From a virus (Duplodnaviria > Caudoviricetes), in the IMG/VR virus record IMGVR_UViG_3300011334_000313, positions 1-31,951 of that record: a DNA stretch of 31,951 nt. One strand, 5' to 3'. Made by a program: the position numbers and the translations under genes. Below, piece after piece: positions 25,523 to 31,951 of this stretch (the first letter of the stretch is position 1; the number at the start of each line of letters is the position of its first letter). Under the pieces are notes generated by a model that saw only the letters and a list, made by a program, of their open reading frames with translations, was not told the origin of the DNA and searched no databases.

Positions 25523-26881
25523 TTAATTAATGTTTAATTCTTCTTCTTCTACTAACCACGCACCACATTGTTCTTCGGTTAATCCATAACCCGCCATTAA
25601 CATTTGTGTTGCTTGTGCTTTTGTTATTTTTTCTTTATTGTACTCTCTTACAATTCTTAATAGACCTTGATATTCTCTACCAGATAGTTTCTTAATATTA
25701 TCGTTTACAGTCATCTCTTGTTGGTCAGGAACTTGCACCGGTGTTACAGGTACATCATCCACAACTGGATTTTCTTTAATATCACCAGTTAAGAATAGAC
25801 TTAATGGTTTAATTTCAAATGTGGTAGGCTTCTCAAACTTGATTGACACCAACTTATTGAACACTGGTAACATACAGTTTTGGAATGGTTGAATAACCAT
25901 CTTTCTAAAATATTCAGAATGTTCAACTATTTCATTTGACGCACCCAACTTACCAGCTGTTGCAATACCAAATAACTCCGCACTACTTACTCGGTGTGCA
26001 GATAAGATTGAACGTGTAATGTCGTCCGCTAATCCAGAATAATAACTGTCATTGTCGTTACGTGGTATTTGAATAATCTCAGGTGCAGTGTCCTTGCTTT
26101 CGTTGAAGGATATAATTGCTTGACCTGCATTATCTGTACCTGCGTATTGTTCTTCTAACGCACGTGTTAAAATACGTTGTTCTTCTTCCCCAGGTATTCC
26201 ACCATTCATATTAATGAAAAGTGATGGCACCATTCCTGAACGTAAATTGTTCATATGGAAGTTCTTCGTCTCAATATCAATCTCAATTGCACGTTGTCCT
26301 GCTGACCAGTCTGGTACAGGATAGTAACTCATTGAAGGAATGTATGTCTTGTAATAATAGATTTGTGTGTCACCCTTCTCGTCCATATTAAACGCAGGAT
26401 ATTCTTCCGGTGGATATTTTCTTGTGTCTTTCCAATGTGCAGAATAATAGTACTTATCAATCTTATCATCTTCGTTTAACTTACCACTACGCACTCTACT
26501 AAAATCTAAATGATAAATCTCAGCAATACCCTTACCATCTCTTGTCTTGATAATCTGTAAAGCAAAACCCCCAAATAACATAAAGTCCAACGCACACTTT
26601 CTCATTACGTCAGCAACATTTTCTGATGGGTTGATAAGATTAACCGAAGCCATCGGGTTGTTTAATGACACAATACCATCACCCATAATCTGATTTACCT
26701 TACTAGTAATTACAGCTTTATGTATAGCACAATTGTCATATAACTCAATGAAGTATTGAGGTAGTAAGTTTGTTTCTCCGTAATAAACCCACGGATAACG
26801 TTGTAGAACTTCCGAAAAAATAGGTACTGACGCACGGTCAAAACTTGTTCTACTTAATTTGTATTTTTGTATTTCACTCAT
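25523..26881 (-). CDS. Portal protein
   Basis: WVYYGE.N..PQY.IELY...AIH.A, YYP.PDW, FH.NNLRSGMVPS, Y.G.DNAG and I.SAHRV.S..LFGI motifs; 452 aa. Confidence 0.85.
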   Translation of the reverse strand: MSEIQKYKLSRTSFDRASVPIFSEVLQRYPWVYYGETNLLPQYFIELYDNCAIHKAVITSKVNQIMGDGIVSLNNPMASVNLINPSENVADVMRKCALDFMLFGGFALQIIKTRDGKGIAEIYHLDFSRVRSGKLNEDDKIDKYYYSAHWKDTRKYPPEEYPAFNMDEKGDTQIYYYKTYIPSMSYYPVPDWSAGQRAIEIDIETKNFHMNNLRSGMVPSLFINMNGGIPGEEEQRILTRALEEQYAGTDNAGQAIISFNESKDTAPEIIQIPRNDNDSYYSGLADDITRSILSAHRVSSAELFGIATAGKLGASNEIVEHSEYFRKMVIQPFQNCMLPVFNKLVSIKFEKPTTFEIKPLSLFLTGDIKENPVVDDVPVTPVQVPDQQEMTVNDNIKKLSGREYQGLLRIVREYNKEKITKAQATQMLMAGYGLTEEQCGAWLVEEEELNIN

Positions 26882-26883
26882 AA

Positions 26884-27255
26884 TTAATCTTGTATATAAA
26901 TATAATTCTCGTTAGTTTCGTTTGGTGATATATATTCTGTAAATCCTGCACCAGCTTCAGTTCCTCTTAATATAGTAATACCAGTGTAGACCAATTCATT
27001 ATCATCTTGACCATAAATGTTTAATTGATATTCACCCAAATAATTTAGGTCATCAATATCCAATGGTAGTTTAATTTCACAATAACGAATATTTTGGAAA
27101 TACTCCGCAGGATTACTAATATCTATTGAATAGGTTTTTACTTCCTTACTCATAATATGTGTAAACTCCAATGTATAACCAGTGAACGTAGCACGACTAT
27201 TATTGTTGATATTCAACACTAACGAGTTTTCCTCTCCTTTATTTAAATAAATCAT
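26884..27255 (-). CDS. Small virion protein (possible head closure, 123 aa)
   Basis: Sits between tail tube and portal; G.Y...IY.Q motif. Confidence 0.55.
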   Translation of the reverse strand: MIYLNKGEENSLVLNINNNSRATFTGYTLEFTHIMSKEVKTYSIDISNPAEYFQNIRYCEIKLPLDIDDLNYLGEYQLNIYGQDDNELVYTGITILRGTEAGAGFTEYISPNETNENYIYIQD

Positions 27256-27273
27256 ATAGTTCCCTTATATAGA

Positions 27274-27281
27274 TAAATATA
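27274..27281 (-). promoter_or_regulatory. TATATTTA promoter-like element re-initiating after the terminator
   Basis: + strand TAAATATA between the terminator at 27311 and ATG 27255. Confidence 0.55.
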
Positions 27282-27310
27282 CATTTTTCCATTTTGAATT
27301 GGTATAGAAT

Positions 27311-27334
27311 AAAAAAAAGGGTCCGAAGACCCTT
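27311..27334 (-). terminator. Intrinsic terminator with cUUCGg tetraloop
   Basis: AAGGGTC-TTCG-GACCCTT running into a T8 tract, downstream of the tail tube gene. Confidence 0.9.
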
Positions 27335-27383
27335 CCCTTAGAATGATAGAAATATAGAAATTCAGTCCACGACAGACTTACTA

Positions 27384-27926
27384 CTACGCTACTCCAAATC
27401 CACCTGCAGCAAATACTGTTGGTAAAGTACCATTAACAACGTTAGCTGGTGCTTTTTCTTGACCAGTAAAGATTAATTCAAATCCATTTCTGTCACCAAA
27501 CGCAGTACCAGTAGCAGCAGAACCACCACTTAAATACATACCGTTTACTTGACCTAAATAGTAAGCAACATCGTTTTGGTCAACAGCTACGATTTGTATT
27601 TTATCGTTTTGACCTAATACTAATAATTGGTTTCTCTTATCTTGGTCGTACTTAAATAATACAGCAGTTAACACTTGTTCCCAGAATATAGTACCATTTT
27701 CGAAGTTTTTAGTAGTATTTTGTGCTAAAGAAGATGTGTTTCTTTTTAACTCAAAATTGTACCAAACTCCGCTACCTGCGATTGCAGTAATACCGCTTGT
27801 AACAACGGTAAGACCTGACACCGATGGTGCTGTTGCACCACTTGCACCTAACACCCAAATAGATTTAATACCACCAATTCCATCAGAACAACCTAAGTCA
27901 ACTCCTGAAGATATATAACAACTCAT
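27384..27926 (-). CDS. Major tail tube protein
   Basis: MSC.ISSG..LGC.D.IGGIK, ENGTIFWEQ.L and G.A.GDRNG..L.FTGQE..PA motifs; follows the capsid gene. Confidence 0.75.
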   Translation of the reverse strand: MSCYISSGVDLGCSDGIGGIKSIWVLGASGATAPSVSGLTVVTSGITAIAGSGVWYNFELKRNTSSLAQNTTKNFENGTIFWEQVLTAVLFKYDQDKRNQLLVLGQNDKIQIVAVDQNDVAYYLGQVNGMYLSGGSAATGTAFGDRNGFELIFTGQEKAPANVVNGTLPTVFAAGGFGVA

Positions 27927-27958
27927 ATGTGTATAATTTATTTTTTTTTGTTTATGTT

Positions 27959-27979
27959 AAAGGGGACTTTCACCCCTTT
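27959..27979 (-). terminator. Hairpin after the capsid gene (weak terminator or mRNA stabiliser)
   Basis: AAAGGGG-TGAAAGT-CCCCTTT; poor U tract in the minus direction. Confidence 0.55.
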
Positions 27980-28000
27980 TGTTTTTTAATTTTTTTTAGA

Positions 28001-28963
28001 TTACGCTAAATTGTTTGTTGCGAAATATGCAGTTGAACCAAACGTTGCAATTGTTGCACCGTAGTTAAAGTTTGCACGTAAACGTAACTCATCAAAATCC
28101 TTACTGTACCACATTACTAATTTCTGACTATCGGATAAAAGGTCAAATCCTAAAATTAGATATTCACGTGGTCCGATAACAACTTGGTTAGAACCATTCA
28201 AACCTAATGTAGGAACGACTTTAACATTTGTGTTAGGATGTGTAGCTTCCATCATTGAAGTAATATCAGCAGAACCGATATAGTTCGCGAAGAAGTTAGC
28301 ACGAGTTAACGCTTGAATATAAAGACGGAAGTTAGCGTAAGACATAAACACAATTAAATCTTCACGAGACATTGCGTTGTCATCTAATACGTTAATCAAT
28401 TTATCTACTTCAGTGATAGGGTTACCACTAACACCATATGCAGCTGAACTTGAGAAAGTTACACCGCTTGAATTAGCAACACCAGTTGTACCAGTAGAGA
28501 TTAATGACTTGAAACCATTGAAACAAGAAGTTCCAGTTGTTGCTTGCCATAATTGCTTCTCAATGTATTGTTGAATTTCTTTAACTTTCAAATCAGCAAT
28601 TTGTTGTTCGAATGGAACAGTCTCTTGTGTTTGACCTGGTGCCATTAACATTGACTGATAAGTGTCATACAAATCCTTGTAACATAACGCTTCATTGTAC
28701 TTTGTAGGACAAGTTGTGATGTTAGTTTGAGTGTATGTAGTTGTACCTGATGGTTCCCATCCACAATCACCGTCTTGGAAATAAGCTGTTGAGTTCAATA
28801 AGTTCAACGCTTGTGTACCTTTAATACCTAAACGTACATTTGCATATCTAGCAGTTGTACCGCCGATAAGTGCTTTTGATAATAATTCACCACCAACTTG
28901 GTCAACATATCCACCAATTGATGCTACGTTGTATGCGAATTGTTCTCTTGATAAAATTTTCAT
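28001..28963 (-). CDS. Major capsid protein
   Basis: 320 aa downstream of protease and scaffold; GIK...ALN.L, CGW.PSG.T, E..LWQ and F.G...LI motifs. Confidence 0.85.
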   Translation of the reverse strand: MKILSREQFAYNVASIGGYVDQVGGELLSKALIGGTTARYANVRLGIKGTQALNLLNSTAYFQDGDCGWEPSGTTTYTQTNITTCPTKYNEALCYKDLYDTYQSMLMAPGQTQETVPFEQQIADLKVKEIQQYIEKQLWQATTGTSCFNGFKSLISTGTTGVANSSGVTFSSSAAYGVSGNPITEVDKLINVLDDNAMSREDLIVFMSYANFRLYIQALTRANFFANYIGSADITSMMEATHPNTNVKVVPTLGLNGSNQVVIGPREYLILGFDLLSDSQKLVMWYSKDFDELRLRANFNYGATIATFGSTAYFATNNLA

Positions 28964-28986
28964 AATTTTATTTGTTTTTTTTTTAA

Positions 28987-29727
28987 TTATTTATTTGATT
29001 TTCTTAGTGCTGCAATTGCTTCTAATTTAGTTTCCATTGCATCATCTACTTTATTAAACTTTTCAGTTTTACCGTCAGCAATCTTTTTTGCTGCTGGTTC
29101 TTTTTTAAATGAGTTAAAATCCGAAGATAAAGAAGACATTTGTTCTTCCATTTTCTTAATCTTTTCACCCATCTTAGAAACGAACTCTTTTACAAGTTTT
29201 ATCATTTCTTCTTCTCCACCAACGGGTACTTCAATTTCAATTTCAGGTTTTTCTGCTTCAGGTGCTTCAGCTTCTTTTACAGCTTCTTCAATTTTAGCAA
29301 TAATACCTTCTTTAGTTTCAACTTTAGTTCCGTCTTCTAGTTCGTGTACGCCATCCGGTGCTACAATCTCACCTTCGCCAGTAACAACAGAAACTTTAGC
29401 ACCTTCAACTAAACCGTCACCAGACACTTTAATTTGAGTACCATCAACCAATTTTGCATCAAGAAATATTTCTTTAACTGCAATTATTTGGCTTTCAGCT
29501 ACTTCTAATTCAAAATTTTCTTTTAACTTGTATTTTCCATCTTCTAAAGCTACTCTTTCAAACGCTTCATTGATTTTGAAGATTTTACTATCCTTCGCTA
29601 ATTTCTCAGTCTCTACGATAGTGTTGTCTTCCAATTTAAAAGATAATAATGTTTTGTCATCAGACATAAAACCAAACTGCACCATAAGATTTTTAATCTC
29701 TTGAATAGCACTTTTTGAATTTGACAT
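28987..29727 (-). CDS. Capsid scaffolding protein
   Basis: Acidic, with a duplicated L.DGT...APDG.HELEDGT...EG.I..I module and a C-terminal coiled coil. Confidence 0.7.
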   Translation of the reverse strand: MSNSKSAIQEIKNLMVQFGFMSDDKTLLSFKLEDNTIVETEKLAKDSKIFKINEAFERVALEDGKYKLKENFELEVAESQIIAVKEIFLDAKLVDGTQIKVSGDGLVEGAKVSVVTGEGEIVAPDGVHELEDGTKVETKEGIIAKIEEAVKEAEAPEAEKPEIEIEVPVGGEEEMIKLVKEFVSKMGEKIKKMEEQMSSLSSDFNSFKKEPAAKKIADGKTEKFNKVDDAMETKLEAIAALRKSNK

Positions 29728-29772
29728 AATTTTACTTTTATTTAATTTATTTATTCTTCTTACTTATATATA

Positions 29773-29810
29773 TAAATATTGTTAGTTATTACCAAATATT
29801 CCTATATTTG
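29773..29810. promoter_or_regulatory. Back-to-back promoters: AATATTTA (minus, scaffold) and TATATTTG (plus, HNH)
   Basis: TAAATATT at 29773-29780; TATATTTG at 29803-29810, 4 nt before ATG 29815. Confidence 0.6.
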
Positions 29811-29814
29811 CAAT

Positions 29815-30153
29815 ATGAAACACGGAAATACAACACACGGACATTGGGTTAATGGTAAAGCATCCCCAACTTACAAAACTTGGCGTTCAATGAAATATCG
29901 TTGTTCTAATCCAAAAAATGTATATTACTATCAAAAAGGTATTAGAGTATGTGATAGATGGTTGAATAGTTTTGTTAATTTTTTAGAAGATATGGGTGAA
30001 CGACCTGAAGGTATGACTATTGATAGGATTGATAATACTAAAGGATATTCCCCTGAAAATTGTGTTTGGTCAACTATTACACAACAAAACAACAATAAGA
30101 AAATAACTGATAAATGTCCTATTACTGGTAAATTTATCTTTAACCCTGAATAG
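29815..30153 (+). CDS. HNH-family endonuclease-like protein, antisense to the head operon (likely start ATG 29815)
   Basis: YKTWRSMKYRCSNP...GIRVCDRW..SF.NFLEDMGERPEG.TIDRIDN.KGYSPENC.W. Confidence 0.85.
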   Translation: MKHGNTTHGHWVNGKASPTYKTWRSMKYRCSNPKNVYYYQKGIRVCDRWLNSFVNFLEDMGERPEGMTIDRIDNTKGYSPENCVWSTITQQNNNKKITDKCPITGKFIFNPE

Positions 30154-30157
30154 TAAC

Positions 30158-30190
30158 AAAAAACCCCTCGTAATTGAGGGGTTTATTTTT
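30158..30190. terminator. Bidirectional intrinsic terminator
   Basis: AAACCCCTC-GTAATT-GAGGGGTTT between the convergent HNH and protease genes. Confidence 0.85.
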
Positions 30191-31931
30191 AATACTTCTT
30201 TAATATTTCCGCTACCTTATACAGGAACATTTCTTCCCTGCTGAACGCAGCTTCCTCTGAGAAGAAACCGCTGACGCTAAATCCGTTCAAGGTACCGTCT
30301 TTTACCTTGTTCCATACCTCATCACCTTTTTCTGTTTTTGCAACCTTCATTGCAATCATCCAGGTACCTATTGGTAAATCCTCATAACCGTACTTTATAG
30401 ACTTATCCTGGTCATCTTCCTTAATCCAACTCTCTATCACATACACGTCTCTTACAGCCTTACCATCGTGCATCAAATCGTTATTACGAGTGTACTGGTT
30501 TTTCATATACTTCTCCGCAATCATACGAATAGTCTCCGCAGAAAAGAAAACATAATAAGGATTACCATTAGCATCCTTACGGAATATCTTTTGGTCAGGT
30601 ACCATTGCTGGTCCTAATATAACTCTCTTCTCATCATTATCAATTTGGAAATATTGTTTAGACATTTTCTCCGCTTGATTGATTTTTGATTTAGACCACG
30701 CAAGTGCAGACTTTCCACCCCAACTATCATACATAAGTTTTCCACATCCATCTCCATATCCTTTTGAACTTTCCAAATCAGCTTCGTGTCTTGATAGGTA
30801 ACTGTACATACGCTTCACCGTTTCCAATGAGATAGGTTCACCGTTAGCTAATTGATTAGCACGTACTTTTCCGACAGGTGTTCCACAAGAACCCCATCCA
30901 TTTTCTTCTACATATTTTAATACAGCTTTTGCGTTGTTCTTAACTGCATCAGGATAGTCACTATAACTTTCAAATGTAGTTGGTTCTATTAATGACTTAG
31001 ATATTGTGTCACCTGAAACCTCATCCACATAAGCTGGTAAAGGATTGTCATAACCGAATGATGCTTTATTATCGTAACCACATTTGTTACACATATAAGG
31101 TTTTTCACCACCGTCTTCCATATTCCATTTGTGACCACACTTTTTACAAATTATTAATAGTGCCGCTAACTCATCTTCGTGATATAGATATTCACTATCT
31201 TCGGTATGTTCTGCACCAGTCATTAATCTACCACTCGCATCTTTATGTGTTGGTCCTTCATATAACTTACCATCAGCAGTATAGTGTGGTACACCAACTG
31301 CGAATGTTGCTTGTAATTTTTTTGGAACTTTTGTACTTGGTTGAGGTAAGTCCATTACATCGTAACTTTCTGCACCATCAATTCTACCTTTCGTAACTGA
31401 CCCTTTATTTATAATTCTATCTCCACGTCTATACTCTATTTTCTGCCACAAATGACGACAGTTGTATGAACCTCTCCATACCATTGCTGAACTTCCTAAA
31501 TCGTTTGTAATACCCTCTAAATCCTCAACACGATAGACCAAATTCTTATTTAATAAATCCTTACAAAACTCTCTTGTTGTCTCCTTAATAGGTGCACCAG
31601 GTGCTTGTGGGTTGAGTACGTACTTATATCTAATTAATCTTTCAGGTGTGTCTTCAAACGACGGTGAGTTTGGTGAAGATGAGATAAACTCTTCCTTAAC
31701 CATTTCATATCCATCGTCAAATAAATCCTGTTCAGATTGACCCTTCTCAATTATTCTTGATGAGAACTTCATATCCTCACCATCAGGTATAACAAAATCT
31801 TCGTGTGTCTTGTTAAACGCAACCCAGTTAATCTCAATTGCTGGTTCGTCTACTAAACTTACCGCATCAACACCTGATAGTTCATCATCCTCTTCTATCT
31901 TTAGTTCAAATATTTTTTCTCTCTTTACCAT
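30189..31931 (-). CDS. XkdF-like putative prohead protease with large internal insertions (580 aa)
   Basis: N-terminal GVDAVSLVDEPAIE and C-terminal EKRVILGPAMVPD..IFR...YYVFFS.ETI...H...ESWI...GTW....KV...GFSV.G; upstream of scaffold and capsid. Confidence 0.8.
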   Translation of the reverse strand: MVKREKIFELKIEEDDELSGVDAVSLVDEPAIEINWVAFNKTHEDFVIPDGEDMKFSSRIIEKGQSEQDLFDDGYEMVKEEFISSSPNSPSFEDTPERLIRYKYVLNPQAPGAPIKETTREFCKDLLNKNLVYRVEDLEGITNDLGSSAMVWRGSYNCRHLWQKIEYRRGDRIINKGSVTKGRIDGAESYDVMDLPQPSTKVPKKLQATFAVGVPHYTADGKLYEGPTHKDASGRLMTGAEHTEDSEYLYHEDELAALLIICKKCGHKWNMEDGGEKPYMCNKCGYDNKASFGYDNPLPAYVDEVSGDTISKSLIEPTTFESYSDYPDAVKNNAKAVLKYVEENGWGSCGTPVGKVRANQLANGEPISLETVKRMYSYLSRHEADLESSKGYGDGCGKLMYDSWGGKSALAWSKSKINQAEKMSKQYFQIDNDEKRVILGPAMVPDQKIFRKDANGNPYYVFFSAETIRMIAEKYMKNQYTRNNDLMHDGKAVRDVYVIESWIKEDDQDKSIKYGYEDLPIGTWMIAMKVAKTEKGDEVWNKVKDGTLNGFSVSGFFSEEAAFSREEMFLYKVAEILKKY

Positions 31932-31936
31932 AATAT

Positions 31937-31944
31937 TAAATATA
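31937..31944 (-). promoter_or_regulatory. TATATTTA promoter-like element 5 nt upstream of ATG 31931
   Basis: + strand TAAATATA. Confidence 0.55.
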
Positions 31945-31951
31945 TATAATT

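Noticed and set aside
27378-27386. TAG TAG TAA triple stop (also TAG TAA at 30151-30156) hinting at amber recoding
   Set aside because: All genes read full length in the standard code and no suppressor tRNA is visible.
30660-31810. Intein in the protease
   Set aside because: No C/S...HN-C/S/T splice junctions or LAGLIDADG motifs were seen.

Overview
This AT-rich window is a long-tailed (siphovirus-like) dsDNA phage genome, almost entirely encoded on the minus strand. The host is probably Bacteroidota, based on TTTG-N19-21-TAnnTTT(G/A) promoters and A-rich translation starts with no obvious Shine-Dalgarno sequence. In minus-strand reading order the genes are: XkdF-like prohead protease, an HNH endonuclease on the opposite strand, scaffold, major capsid, tail tube, portal, head-tail adaptor, and a holin-like gene. 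Next come a small divergent control region and a replication initiator with internal iterons, a nuclease-like gene, a Zn-finger/HTH protein, an ECF-sigma-like factor and TerS. These are followed by a second HNH, a methyltransferase plus two glycosyltransferases, TerL, and a tail chaperone with a -1 frameshift. The tail block holds an internally duplicated tail terminator, a large Ser/Gly-repeat fibre, neck and tail proteins, and a tape measure cut by the window edge. The window may be nearly a whole circularly permuted genome. Two signals stand out. First, there is a candidate virion O-glycosylation system: the GT/MTase cassette, a pervasive [ST]-G-x-T motif concentrated in exposed virion proteins, and Pro-Thr mucin-like linkers. 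Second, two promoter-to-terminator small RNAs have loops antisense to start-codon regions. Also notable are a pseudoknot/attenuator-like leader, an iteron origin, and near-leaderless TATATTTA promoters. All functional calls come from motif recognition by eye and no database searches were run.
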